From the IMG/VR virus record IMGVR_UViG_3300020203_000420: 64,000 bases of DNA. One strand, written 5' to 3'. Below the pieces are notes generated by a model. The model worked only from the letters and a program-made list of their open reading frames with translations. It ran no database searches and had not been told where the DNA came from. Source of the stretch: an uncultured virus (IMG/VR IMGVR_UViG_3300020203_000420). Taxonomy: Duplodnaviria > Heunggongvirae > Uroviricota > Caudoviricetes. Position numbers and translations under genes: made by a program. This document shows positions 20,401 through 30,508 of the stretch, in pieces; position 1 is the stretch's first letter; every line of letters starts with the position of its first letter.

Positions 20401-23400
20401 TTACCTAAAGCACTTTGAAAAAGTATTTATTGGTTTTACATCTCCAGCTCAGCTAGATAGCGGATATGCACAGCAAATTTTTAGACAATTCCCTTATACA
20501 GTATTGGAAAAAGAATTTAGTCCTGTTCAGACTTCGGCTTTAAATATAAAATGTTTTAAACATCAATCCACTAAAATATCAGAAATAGAAGTATTAGCTA
20601 AGACTTCTTCAGAATCAACTATATCCGAAGCCATAGAGCTTTATGCGGCCATAGACGAATCTACTTTTCAAAGAATTGCACCTACAGTATTAGAAGACGG
20701 AACTACCAGATACTATTTAAACTTTCCAACTAAAAGGATAAGGGTAATAGTCGATCCTACTAATGAGGCTATTATAAACTCTATTAAAGCGGTAACCAAC
20801 AATGACCTCATTAGGTACAGAGACTCTGGAGATGAGTTTACCTTAGATACGGTTGATGTTGATATAAATAAAGGCTCTTTCTCTGAGGCTAAGCATGTAC
20901 TGATAAAAAATGGTACAGGTGTTGCATCCGACTTGGAGCTTTCAATAGAAGCAGAAGATTTTAATGACTCAGTAGTAGTCAAAACTAGTCTAAACAGTAA
21001 AGAGTCTATTCTTCTACCTGATATAGGGCCTCCAGGAATACTAATACTAGAGGATGATTTTGACTTACCTACAGTAGATAATGTGGCCGTCAACGCAAAA
21101 GCTTTTGGATTAGTCAATCTAGGAGCAAATAAGAAGTACCATGTATCAGACACTTTTGACAATGAATCGGATTACTTTAGTACGCTGATAAACATAAGTA
21201 AATGGGATAAATTCTATACTAACTTTCCTCAGGTCGGTCCTTCCTCCATCGGAGAAAGATTTCCAGGATTTACTTTAGCCCCTCCAGGAAATACGGCAGG
21301 TGCCCCTAATACAGGACAAAACATCTATGCAGAACTAAGATCAAGGTGGCTCACTATTGGAGCATTCAGTGCGTCCATTGTTGGATACTACGATGCTGGG
21401 GCAAGTAATGCAGACTTAATGGGATCAGGACTTGGGGTAGTAGACTCAACTGGAAGAAAACTATTTATTCGAAAGAGGAGAACCTTTTTTACTGGAAGTT
21501 TTACTGGAATAAGGTCTTACAGTAGATACCAAGTAGTAGACAGCCTGTTAGGACAACTAGACGAAAAGCAGTTATACTGTTTGGGGTTTTGTACTCCAAT
21601 ATCTGGAATAGAAGATAATAAACAGGAATACGTTTTAAACATAACCCGCTATACTAAAGATGGACAGGACTTTTTAAAATTTAATTACATAGATGAAGTA
21701 AATGGTAATGGAGTACCTGAATGGGGAGCTAGCGAGAGCTTTGATATAAACCTGTCAACCCTAGCAAACCCCTTAATAGGACCTCTAAAAGTCTTTATTC
21801 ACAATGAATGGAATAGGTCTGCTTTAAATTCTACAGGAACAGCAGGGCTAGAAGGAAGTTTAGTTCGAATTAGTAGATTTAATTTTGGTGGACAATCTTC
21901 TTATATAAAATCTTATTTATTTACTAAACAAGGAACTACCTCCAGTCAAGCCCTAGTTGGAGTAGATAATAAATACATAACCTTGTCTAGTGTTACTGGA
22001 GGAAAATACGTAGCTGTAGACTTAACTAAGAGGTTCAACTTGGACATCTTTAGTATTTATACTAGAACAGGTAAACAACTTTGGAAACAGTTTGACTCTC
22101 AGTTTTCTAACTCTGATGTAAGTGATGTAAACTCTGTTAACTGGGGGAACTCAACCCTCAATGATGCTAGATGGATACTTTACTCAGTCCCAGCTATATC
22201 CTCTACATCAACAAGTGGATTAAAGTATTTAGATTATATTAGAGTATATCCAGATATTACTGCCCAAGCTCCAGAGCAATTTACTAACTCTATTTGGGAA
22301 GATTTAGGAACTTTAGTTTCTGATAATAATAGACAAACTGGAATTAATCAAGTAGATAATCCAGTGTTCTGTGTTAGATTAGAGAATCAATTTGACATCA
22401 GCAATTATCAAATATTAAATGAAAGCTTGCAAGAATATCAACCTATTGGATCGCCAGACCGTCTAGGTTGGACCTCTGGTAGTAAGATAGGCCAACTATC
22501 TACTTCTTATAACATTACTCAAGATCCTAGTCTGGTTACAGACTGGAAAAATTGGCAAGAGTACAACGAGTCTAATAAGCAAGTAGCACCTTATAAATGG
22601 TTTGCCTTTAAGAATGAACTATTTGATCCATCCATTGGTGGAGGTACTAGAAGATCAGTAAAAGAGTTTGTAGTTAGTACTAGAGGTCTATCCTCTGGAA
22701 CAGCTGGACAAGTAAACGATAGGGTAGACTTTACTGAGTACCCTAGCTGGTATAATGTAAACTTTTCTTATGAAAAGAATATTGGTGAAGTTTCTTCTGA
22801 TCAACAATTTTTATATAACTCTCTCTATTCTGCTTCTCCTATTAAAAAAGTTTTAGGAGTAGAGGCTAGTGACGCTTATGAGGTATTCGACAATAAGTCT
22901 GGAACTTACGTAGCTCTTGAAAATAACTCCCCGCAATGTTGGAGGGTATTTGGTGAGGTAGTTACCACTCAAGCATCCGGCAGTGAGATAACTGTAACTG
23001 GTAATAGTGTCTTTATTGTTCCACCGCAAATTTCTGGAAACTTTAGTGTAGCGTATTCTGGGATAGTGGTTGACGGCTTTGAACTGTCAATACCAGACAG
23101 TGCGACTGGAGTACCTGACTCTATAACCATTCAAACTTTCTCTGGAAGTGATCCCACAAACTCCGCGCATTGGTCTGATATATTTACTCAAACGGATTTA
23201 TCTACCAATGTAACTGTAGGTAGCAATACTGAAGTACAGTTTAATGGGGGGCAACCTTTAAAGATAGTTTTAAGTAGTCCCCTGGTAACTAGCGGAATAA
23301 AACTAAAAGTAAACTCTGTTGAATTTTTACGGACACAAGATAACACTTTACAAATTAGCGACTTTAAAATACTACAGATAGTAAATCAAATTGACTCACC

Positions 23401-24718
23401 ATCTGCTCTATTGGAGAAAGATACTTTAATAAGGCAGGAAGGAGGAGGAAGTTTAAAGATAACCTATCCAGCTAATAATACTGTACCTATAAAAATAACT
23501 ACTGGTGGAAACTTTAATATTAAACCAGATGCAAACTGGTCTATCCAAGACTACTTAAGATTTTACGCCAAGATAGAAAATAAAGAAGATCTTGATTTAG
23601 ATAACAGTTTCATTAAACTGGGTAAAGATTCTGAATTTCACTATACGTGGAGCTTTAGACAGTTACCTGACCTGATGAATAATCAAAATTTATCAGTACA
23701 AAAACTTAAATTCTTAGAAGCTATATTTAAGGCCCCAGGAGAGGTAGATGTATTAAACCCAGACAGATCGGAGTTAGAGTCTAAGGTAGACTTCATAAAG
23801 GGACCACTAGGTTTCTTTGAGATAGAGCTTAAGCCCGTGGCAAACGCCCCTAGCGGGATAAAACTTTGGTTAGACAATTTTGACATAGAGAGGGAAAGAT
23901 TTACTCTATCTGGGTTGAATCCAACTCTCTATTTAAATAACAATGAGTCCCTCTATTTCCCTATGTCTGATTTTGATATTAGAAGTGGCTTTTTTGAGGC
24001 CGTGGTTACTCCAGATTGGAACTTAGAAGGACAGACTACCCTTAAGAAGGATCAAATCTTTACAATCTTTACAGCCATAAATAGCGTAAATGAATCGTTT
24101 TGTTGTGTATATGACTCTAGAAAGGGCTTAGTGTTTGTAGCTACAAATGCAGAGGAGAAGGTATACTTAGAGGCAGGATTAGTGGTTGATCTAAGTAAGT
24201 ACAGCCCTATAAAAATTAGTGTGGCTTGGGACTCTAAAGGAAAGAACCTTGATGGGACAGCTGGAAGTACCCTAAAGATTTGGTTAAATGATAAATTTGC
24301 AGGAGAATTCAAAACTACGTGGGAGTTAAGACAGACGAAGGACGTATACTTCTTTATCGGGACAAAAGCCAGTCAAACAGACGTAGCCATAAACACTCTA
24401 TCAAACTACCCAACCACGGTTCCTAGGAAGATACTACCTGAAACTAAAAGTATATCCGCAGGGATAGAAAACTTGATTATTTCCTCAAGACCTAGTAAGA
24501 TATTTTTTGAGGATATTCAAACACTTAAGGATAAAATTTACATATCTATTGATGGAATAAGCTATTATAATGGAAACGACCCTAACCTACCGTTTCTACT
24601 ATATAATATAAGCCCAGGCAATAACATTGGCGTTTGGATAAAAACTAACTTACCGGAGGACACTACTAATCTACCAAGACAAGCCTTTCTAAAAGCTAAA
24701 TGGAGAATTAGACAGTAA
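17390..24718 (+). CDS. Very large putative virion protein (2442 aa) with carbohydrate-binding/LamG-like domains
   Basis: DDKWHTYYID and NTWYNVLIAID...SLSING beta-sandwich motifs; Ser/Thr/Asn-rich. Confidence 0.6.
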   Translation: MINRNILKDATIRNAKACVESQGSGFLSYFSDERDLKGWDFVENVSLYGVSGGIYFLSANASSPSLSRSFGFANLDASLYTELVIRYKYKKNRTDSIATLGKIQFKNPSDISFTDSKSITFDVIPDDKWHTYYIDVGPVSSWVGLINNVKIFFTTNGQPNDEIFLSYVKIQQPQFKFCSDSCYTDSSITKVSDNFDSQSIGSPPQQYAISNTSTTKTVTIKSDPYSSSNLVLSLNKSTVGSIGPTASKQLDPTLKGFVSFRFLCTAYGSEVVLKKDLIGNISALRLIISSPGEIQYQSGLLLQDLQVPKTISLNTWYNVLIAIDAGNGIASLSINGDLLDNNIPLLNLGLFNGIVFDVPTTTITELLIDDLVILEALENQDCSGLGKQGFVKGLPLLWTTLNVIKDVNDSLYVNINDFGSVEVRLPPGNYNREEFRRALENKISDIDVGGYLDCEVILTTNNEFEIRSGTYGFDSKITVSPTVGNLFNELGLSTVDSSLGRPHLAGFKFLNTSRASTSVLNNVVEDSPGSLRIVQTPTDSSVSIGSKLSPKAGRKNSIVGKGKTIIDYQYRASSNGTINQIIFQGILPQKPAVKVTGPSGQIASNIFNTGITDLQDLGVTTGDLIIINSSGYSGNGSYEIEAYGDDLRGGSLKIKSGSLLAAGKNLTFTIQSIAKVKQFRPTLNGTIRLINETSIGQVDNSLYTRTADSHRVIVSWDLQRGDFIGIYNSTRLFLGNDPNGNPDAVYLEYEGDLIEETSIKNIKGQGVKGIGLYGYSTEKQKLAIYDIEFPLSYNIEHLDIEGSIVTEDIEYNLLAGINQGASAAVTISGTHTHVTENNINGLINEFTKTNTAFNVSSLTDGTQLATNGFLGSFRTNNSQASYFYIDGDTEFGPYVDSEGNSVASLEYPLPGPNTYLFTKDFVSDSFDITFSWNAKKEIYKLKTFFKEYPNFDGFLVEYLSLTGEDVDGTRPNFSIIGAGGATEYEKVKLDNLVLNKTALPPEDYYLKHFEKVFIGFTSPAQLDSGYAQQIFRQFPYTVLEKEFSPVQTSALNIKCFKHQSTKISEIEVLAKTSSESTISEAIELYAAIDESTFQRIAPTVLEDGTTRYYLNFPTKRIRVIVDPTNEAIINSIKAVTNNDLIRYRDSGDEFTLDTVDVDINKGSFSEAKHVLIKNGTGVASDLELSIEAEDFNDSVVVKTSLNSKESILLPDIGPPGILILEDDFDLPTVDNVAVNAKAFGLVNLGANKKYHVSDTFDNESDYFSTLINISKWDKFYTNFPQVGPSSIGERFPGFTLAPPGNTAGAPNTGQNIYAELRSRWLTIGAFSASIVGYYDAGASNADLMGSGLGVVDSTGRKLFIRKRRTFFTGSFTGIRSYSRYQVVDSLLGQLDEKQLYCLGFCTPISGIEDNKQEYVLNITRYTKDGQDFLKFNYIDEVNGNGVPEWGASESFDINLSTLANPLIGPLKVFIHNEWNRSALNSTGTAGLEGSLVRISRFNFGGQSSYIKSYLFTKQGTTSSQALVGVDNKYITLSSVTGGKYVAVDLTKRFNLDIFSIYTRTGKQLWKQFDSQFSNSDVSDVNSVNWGNSTLNDARWILYSVPAISSTSTSGLKYLDYIRVYPDITAQAPEQFTNSIWEDLGTLVSDNNRQTGINQVDNPVFCVRLENQFDISNYQILNESLQEYQPIGSPDRLGWTSGSKIGQLSTSYNITQDPSLVTDWKNWQEYNESNKQVAPYKWFAFKNELFDPSIGGGTRRSVKEFVVSTRGLSSGTAGQVNDRVDFTEYPSWYNVNFSYEKNIGEVSSDQQFLYNSLYSASPIKKVLGVEASDAYEVFDNKSGTYVALENNSPQCWRVFGEVVTTQASGSEITVTGNSVFIVPPQISGNFSVAYSGIVVDGFELSIPDSATGVPDSITIQTFSGSDPTNSAHWSDIFTQTDLSTNVTVGSNTEVQFNGGQPLKIVLSSPLVTSGIKLKVNSVEFLRTQDNTLQISDFKILQIVNQIDSPSALLEKDTLIRQEGGGSLKITYPANNTVPIKITTGGNFNIKPDANWSIQDYLRFYAKIENKEDLDLDNSFIKLGKDSEFHYTWSFRQLPDLMNNQNLSVQKLKFLEAIFKAPGEVDVLNPDRSELESKVDFIKGPLGFFEIELKPVANAPSGIKLWLDNFDIERERFTLSGLNPTLYLNNNESLYFPMSDFDIRSGFFEAVVTPDWNLEGQTTLKKDQIFTIFTAINSVNESFCCVYDSRKGLVFVATNAEEKVYLEAGLVVDLSKYSPIKISVAWDSKGKNLDGTAGSTLKIWLNDKFAGEFKTTWELRQTKDVYFFIGTKASQTDVAINTLSNYPTTVPRKILPETKSISAGIENLIISSRPSKIFFEDIQTLKDKIYISIDGISYYNGNDPNLPFLLYNISPGNNIGVWIKTNLPEDTTNLPRQAFLKAKWRIRQ

Positions 24719-24724
24719 TATTTA

Positions 24725-27535
24725 GTGATAAAGTTTAACCTTCTTAATGAAGGGTTTATAACCAATACTAGTGGAATAGCACAAAGAGCTGTTAATCCAC
24801 AGGAAGTTGAAAATCTTTTAGCCCAAAGCGGCTCTGTTCTTACGTTTTCAGGATCTAATGTAAGACTACTTTTAGACTTAAATTATCAAAAATCTGTATA
24901 CGATTTAGAGTACACATTTACTCCTACCTCTTTATCTGGCCTAACAATACGATACGGAAGATCTTTGGACTCTCTAACTACGGCTGGTCCGACTATTACT
25001 GGCAATACTGTTTACGTATTTCCAACTCTATCTGGATTTTCATATCCTAGATATTTTGAAATAACACATTCCGCCTCTCCAGGAACTCCCATCACCTTAA
25101 GTGGATTGACTGTATTAAATAACGATACAGAAGTTGATTTTGGAATCTCAGGTGCAACTACATCCCTCACTGTATTACCCCAGAACGGTCTAGCAGGATA
25201 CAGTAGTGTATCAGAAGTTCCTGTATATAATGATGGTACGATGTTGACAGACATGTTTATTACCGTAGATTCACAGAACCTAACATCAGGAGTTTTTAAT
25301 AGGTTAGAAATATCTCCTACCCCTACGGGAACTTTTCAAACCGTTAATTCTGGATTGTCAGTCCCAACCTCGGTACCATGGGAATGGGGTCTTTTTCAAA
25401 ACAATACCTCTATAACCTCTGACAATGAATTATATATTAAAGATCCTAATTTAAACTTTGTAACATTTACTCCAGGTCAAGAAGTTGATCTATCTACCAA
25501 TACAAGTTCTTTAGGAAATCAATGTATTACCTGTATGAACTCAGCAGGAGAAGAAGTAGTAGCCTTTACTACTACCAATAACGTCATAGTCTTTATTGAC
25601 ATACGAAAGAATACAATCTTTTCTAGCTCTAGCCCTGGAGCAGGACTGCAAGTAGTAGGACAAGGTTTAGCTTGGAATGGGGGAGATAGAGTTTACTTCC
25701 AATTAAATAATGAAGATAGAGTAGTTAGGTATTACAACATTAGTACTAATACTTTTACCAACCTCACCACAATAACAGGAAACTTTTTTAATCGAGCTAG
25801 CCGAGGTGTTGCACTAGTAGGTAGTGACTTGTACTTAATGGGACTTCTAAGCACCTCAGGAAATGGCAATACATCCACTGGAGATATAGCATTAAAGATA
25901 AATATAAATACCCTAGTTCAAACTCAATTAGCCTCCTTACCTTTTCCTAATCCAGCCTTCGGTGCTATACGATTTATAACTGTAGGAACAAAGATTTATG
26001 GAATTTTTTCAAGCAATGGAGTCATAGCTTTATACTCTTACGATACCGTTTTAAATGGCTGGACTTCTTTGGGAAATATTCCAGGGGCAAATGCAGACCA
26101 GGTAGGAGGCCTTGGATATTCATCAACTAGTAATAAGATTTTAATAATGAGAGGGGCAGACTACATTGAATACAATATCATCACTGGAATGTTTTCAACT
26201 TTAATAACTGGAATAAACAGCAAAGCAGGTTCTATAGGAGTTCCAGATTCTACTGGATTTGTGTACAACAACTCCATAATATATTTAAACAACAATCAAG
26301 GGATATCGTCTAACGACTACGGTCATGGATACTATACAATTACTTCACCGCCTGACCTTATATTACCCTTTAGTATAAGTGGAAGCTGGATCTCTCCTGT
26401 ATTTAAGTTTGATAATGGAGTTAATTATCATAGAGCATTATTAAGTTATGAAAAAACAATTTCAGGATTCTTAAAGGCAGATAATAGTATTGGAGTAGAT
26501 AACTTTGAGATTAGAGGATCTGATATATCTCCCGCCGCCGATAATTTTAATGAAAACTTCTCTACCGCATTGGACCCAGACGCTTACTCTACTTTTTCAG
26601 TAAACGGAGAAACAACCATAGCCTCCTCAGGTGGAAACTTGATATTCTCTCACAACTATATAAACAACAATGATACCCCTAATAATCGAGGATATACTTA
26701 CTTTAGCTTACCTTTTGATACTGCCGGAACAATGCAGTATAAATTTTGGTGGAACCCGTCACAATCAAAAACTGTAGGATCAGATAACTGGTCAGCATTC
26801 TACTTAGCACCCTTTTTAGATGTAATCAATTTAGGAGATTTAGCTGATAGAAGCACAACAACTCTTAGAAGAACTAAAGACGATAACATCTATATTAGAT
26901 TTGGACAATCCAGCGATAGCAACGGTTCCTATACTAGTTTAGGTTTTTATAACGGAAGTTCTGTTGCTAATTACCCTATTAAAGCACAGTCAGGTTCTTT
27001 TTATGAAGTAACATTTTTAGTTAACTGGTCCACAGGCTCCTATAGTTTATATTTTGCAGGAGTCCTATTAGGATCTGGAACTATTTCTTTATCTAGGATT
27101 ATTTTATTACAGCCACAACACTCTTTTGAGTTTTATAGTGCAAGTGATGGAGTAGATAGTGAAGAGAGGTTTAAATACTTAACGATTAATAGATTAAATA
27201 CTCAGGCGCTAAATGATAATAATTCGGCAATTCCAGTTCATATAAATGATCCTTTATTTGGGTTAAACGGATCTTTGCCTTGGAATAGGGTTACAGTAAA
27301 TACCGCTTTAATTCCAAAAGCTAAATATATACAGTTTAGACTTACTTTAAGATCAAATGGACTTTTAACTAAACCTAAAGTAACTGGAATTAATTTTCCT
27401 ATAGTTTTAGAGTTAAAGGATGTTAGTCCAGGGACAAGTAAAAGTATATATGTTAGGTATAACTTTCCAACAAGTAATTTTAGTACAACTGACCTTGCTT
27501 ACTTAAGATCCTGGATGGCAACAGATAAAATATAA
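24725..27535 (+). CDS. Putative virion protein with Kelch-like beta-propeller
   Basis: Blade-like repeats (YYNISTNTFT, YDTVLNGWTSL, YNIITGMFST); QFRLTL..P.V C-terminal region. Confidence 0.6.
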   Translation: MIKFNLLNEGFITNTSGIAQRAVNPQEVENLLAQSGSVLTFSGSNVRLLLDLNYQKSVYDLEYTFTPTSLSGLTIRYGRSLDSLTTAGPTITGNTVYVFPTLSGFSYPRYFEITHSASPGTPITLSGLTVLNNDTEVDFGISGATTSLTVLPQNGLAGYSSVSEVPVYNDGTMLTDMFITVDSQNLTSGVFNRLEISPTPTGTFQTVNSGLSVPTSVPWEWGLFQNNTSITSDNELYIKDPNLNFVTFTPGQEVDLSTNTSSLGNQCITCMNSAGEEVVAFTTTNNVIVFIDIRKNTIFSSSSPGAGLQVVGQGLAWNGGDRVYFQLNNEDRVVRYYNISTNTFTNLTTITGNFFNRASRGVALVGSDLYLMGLLSTSGNGNTSTGDIALKININTLVQTQLASLPFPNPAFGAIRFITVGTKIYGIFSSNGVIALYSYDTVLNGWTSLGNIPGANADQVGGLGYSSTSNKILIMRGADYIEYNIITGMFSTLITGINSKAGSIGVPDSTGFVYNNSIIYLNNNQGISSNDYGHGYYTITSPPDLILPFSISGSWISPVFKFDNGVNYHRALLSYEKTISGFLKADNSIGVDNFEIRGSDISPAADNFNENFSTALDPDAYSTFSVNGETTIASSGGNLIFSHNYINNNDTPNNRGYTYFSLPFDTAGTMQYKFWWNPSQSKTVGSDNWSAFYLAPFLDVINLGDLADRSTTTLRRTKDDNIYIRFGQSSDSNGSYTSLGFYNGSSVANYPIKAQSGSFYEVTFLVNWSTGSYSLYFAGVLLGSGTISLSRIILLQPQHSFEFYSASDGVDSEERFKYLTINRLNTQALNDNNSAIPVHINDPLFGLNGSLPWNRVTVNTALIPKAKYIQFRLTLRSNGLLTKPKVTGINFPIVLELKDVSPGTSKSIYVRYNFPTSNFSTTDLAYLRSWMATDKI

Positions 27536-29469
27536 TGAGTAGTTTAGTTCAATTTACAAGTAGTGGTACCTATAGAATTTCTTCTAAGGATGTAGATGCT
27601 TCGGCTATACCGACTCGCTTAGCTATTTTTAATACAGAAACTGGAGGATTAGTTAGCATTACAGGGGGAGTAGGAACCGTTAATTTCACTATACCCGATG
27701 CTCACCCCTCATTAGATACTTACTATTTAGCACCAACCGCTTCTGGGTATTTAGGGGAATGTTCTCTTTATTCTGGACTCTCACCAACTACAGAAGTTTT
27801 TTCTTCCAATTTCATTCCAGTAACTCAGTCTAGTGGGACTCTCCTATTCAGTAGAGACTTTGAAGATGCATTGCCTAGTGGATTCAATTTTACACTAAGT
27901 AATAGTGGAAACATGACTCAATCTGGAGTAGTTAGTGGGGCCAAACAGCTCGAAGGCTCTTACTACCTAGGACTTACTGCAACATTTACAGCCGGTATAT
28001 TTGCAGAGCCTACTAATGCAAGTCTTAGTGGTATTACTAGTGGAAGAGCGTCTTTTGTATCTAAGGTTGGCACAGCTACTACGAGTGGTCACACAACTGC
28101 TTTCGTATTCATGAGACAATCCCCTGGAATAACTGGAAGTGGTTATAAAGTGGCCATTGCCCCAAGCGTACTTGGAACTGATAAAGTGTCTATAGGGATA
28201 TATGCAGGAACAATATCAGACTCTAATGGGCAAGTTAACGGGCAGATAGCAAACTCTAATACTGTGTTTTCTTCTGAATTAGATTGGTCCACTAATGCAT
28301 TAAGAAACGCAGATAACCGTTTATGGACCGTTATAGAGTGGCAAGTACTAGCAAAAGGAACCCTGTTTAAGTTATATACCTGCTCTTACGCAACAGGAGA
28401 TACTTATACATCCATCAGATCGAAATTAAACTTTCTAGGAGAGGCGTTTTGGACTGGGGGAACTAGTGGAATTGCACTGTACTCGACCACAACCGAAAAA
28501 GTAGCCTGGGCTCTTACCAGTAACAGTACGACTCTAGGGCAAGTAGGGGTGGATCTTTTAACAGTAGAATCCTTGACCACACTACCAGACGAAGGTATAA
28601 ATGCGTTAACAATTTTTGACACTAATACAGACGTTTCTGCAAACCAATGCCGACCCGTTATAAGAAGGACAGCCTACAACCCTGTAGGAGCCTTAGAGGG
28701 TCCTGTTTACGCAAATAGACAGGGAGTACCTCTAATAGACGGCTTTGGTCCCTTTGTCACTTTAGCTAACTCTACTTACAATAAAAAAGGCTCTGGACCT
28801 GGTGGACTAGAGATTTTTAGATCTGGAGGCATATCTGGGGATTTTGCTACAGTAGTTTACGGATTTAAACCTCCTACTGCTAGTGGAATAAAGGTCGGTG
28901 TATTCAGGGCTTGTATACAGATGTCTAGTACTAACTCAACTAGCAGACCACAGCAGAGGTTTGGCTTTTCATTTATGAGGCAGTCCAACGCCCTAAACGC
29001 CAGCTCCTACGTTGTAGAGCTAGTTCCTAATGCTACAGCAAATACTTTTAACTTTAGAATAAGAAAAGGCGCAACTACCGCCGCCACTATAAGTGATAAT
29101 ACTGATTTCACTGGAACAATTTTAGCAACTGGAACGGATATATTAGATATTAATAACAGCAACAATAGTGTAAGAAGTGGTTTCGTATGGGTAGAGATTA
29201 GATGGAGAGCACTAACATCAAAGACCCAGATTGAATGCCTATATTGCCCCGTACTCACAACACCTGACAACTCCGAATACCCAATTGACTCTTCTCCTGG
29301 TCCTATGGATTATAGACTAGTTACTCAACTTACTTATGAGGATGTTGTATCTCCCTTATTAACCACAAGCGAATCACCATTAGTATTTAATAGACAAAGC
29401 GATCAGTCAGGAACCGTATTTAACAGAATAGCGTCAATAGAGCTGAGGAGAGCAAAAGATGGTAATTAG
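27535..29469 (+). CDS. Putative virion protein with two lectin-like beta-sandwich repeats
   Basis: Internal duplication FVFMRQS...W.VIEW and FSFMRQS...WVEIRW; Ser/Gly/Thr-rich. Confidence 0.55.
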   Translation: MSSLVQFTSSGTYRISSKDVDASAIPTRLAIFNTETGGLVSITGGVGTVNFTIPDAHPSLDTYYLAPTASGYLGECSLYSGLSPTTEVFSSNFIPVTQSSGTLLFSRDFEDALPSGFNFTLSNSGNMTQSGVVSGAKQLEGSYYLGLTATFTAGIFAEPTNASLSGITSGRASFVSKVGTATTSGHTTAFVFMRQSPGITGSGYKVAIAPSVLGTDKVSIGIYAGTISDSNGQVNGQIANSNTVFSSELDWSTNALRNADNRLWTVIEWQVLAKGTLFKLYTCSYATGDTYTSIRSKLNFLGEAFWTGGTSGIALYSTTTEKVAWALTSNSTTLGQVGVDLLTVESLTTLPDEGINALTIFDTNTDVSANQCRPVIRRTAYNPVGALEGPVYANRQGVPLIDGFGPFVTLANSTYNKKGSGPGGLEIFRSGGISGDFATVVYGFKPPTASGIKVGVFRACIQMSSTNSTSRPQQRFGFSFMRQSNALNASSYVVELVPNATANTFNFRIRKGATTAATISDNTDFTGTILATGTDILDINNSNNSVRSGFVWVEIRWRALTSKTQIECLYCPVLTTPDNSEYPIDSSPGPMDYRLVTQLTYEDVVSPLLTTSESPLVFNRQSDQSGTVFNRIASIELRRAKDGN

Positions 29470-30508
29470 TTCTGGAATCGTATTAGACTCCTACTCTAAC
29501 GTGGGAGTATCAGGAGTCACTATTTCTGTATACTCCGTAACTGGTACAGTAGTTCTAGCCACAGCTATAGGAGACTCTAACGGGTACTTTGAAGTAGACA
29601 TTCCAAACTCTAGTACTGATTTTATTTATACCCCCTATAAGCCAGGCCATAAAGGTTTTTCCAGAGTTTGTAGTCCTAATCTTACTTATTTAAATCTATT
29701 TGTAAATTTAGAGTTTCCTATACAAACTTACTCTGGAACAGAAATATTAAACCTTTTTAATACAGGATTAGTTACCTCTTTAGTTATTAACGATATCGCT
29801 GCCACCCCCTGTAACTACTATATAGCTACCAACAATGGTTTAGATATTATAGACGTAAATACCCTTAATAACGTAGGATACTTTGTAAGGTCCGGTGGCT
29901 ACTCCTCCATAGCACTATCGAGGGACTCTTGCACTAGATCTGGAGTATTCCTCGGTACTACTAACTCTGGAGTTTATAGATTTGCACCGCCCCAAGACTT
30001 TGACTTACAGAGCAGGTCACTATCTGGTAGCCTATTCACCCTAACTAATAGCATAAGTCAAGGAAATTTAAACTCTAATAACATTCAGTGTCTTGACATA
30101 AATAGTAGAGGTGAAAGACTTATAGGAACTGCGTCAGGTATAGAAGTAATTACTTTGTCTGGAAGACGATCTCATAACTACCCAACCGCTATTGGTACAA
30201 CTGCCTGTGTTTTAAGCAATGAAGGGGATGTGTATTACTCCCCAACCAACTCAGGTCTGTATGTTAAGTACTCCCCTATAGCCTCAGATTGGGTTGAACC
30301 TGACTATAAGGTAGTTTTGAGTGGGACTGGGGTTAATCCTTTTCCCCTACTATCAAACTATATCAATAGTGTAAGAGTTACCTCAGTTTCTGGGACCTCT
30401 AACAATAGTGTTTTTCTTGCAACTAGAAGTGGATTTATAGCCTATACAGAGGATGTAAATCTAAACATTTCAGCTTCTGGTTCTTTACTTATAAGGAGTC
30501 TTACGTAA
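29459..30508 (+). CDS. Putative virion protein, Ig-like plus beta-propeller
   Basis: IATNNGL, LGTTNSGV, IGTASGI, LATRSGF blade-like repeats. Confidence 0.55.
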   Translation: MVISSGIVLDSYSNVGVSGVTISVYSVTGTVVLATAIGDSNGYFEVDIPNSSTDFIYTPYKPGHKGFSRVCSPNLTYLNLFVNLEFPIQTYSGTEILNLFNTGLVTSLVINDIAATPCNYYIATNNGLDIIDVNTLNNVGYFVRSGGYSSIALSRDSCTRSGVFLGTTNSGVYRFAPPQDFDLQSRSLSGSLFTLTNSISQGNLNSNNIQCLDINSRGERLIGTASGIEVITLSGRRSHNYPTAIGTTACVLSNEGDVYYSPTNSGLYVKYSPIASDWVEPDYKVVLSGTGVNPFPLLSNYINSVRVTSVSGTSNNSVFLATRSGFIAYTEDVNLNISASGSLLIRSLT

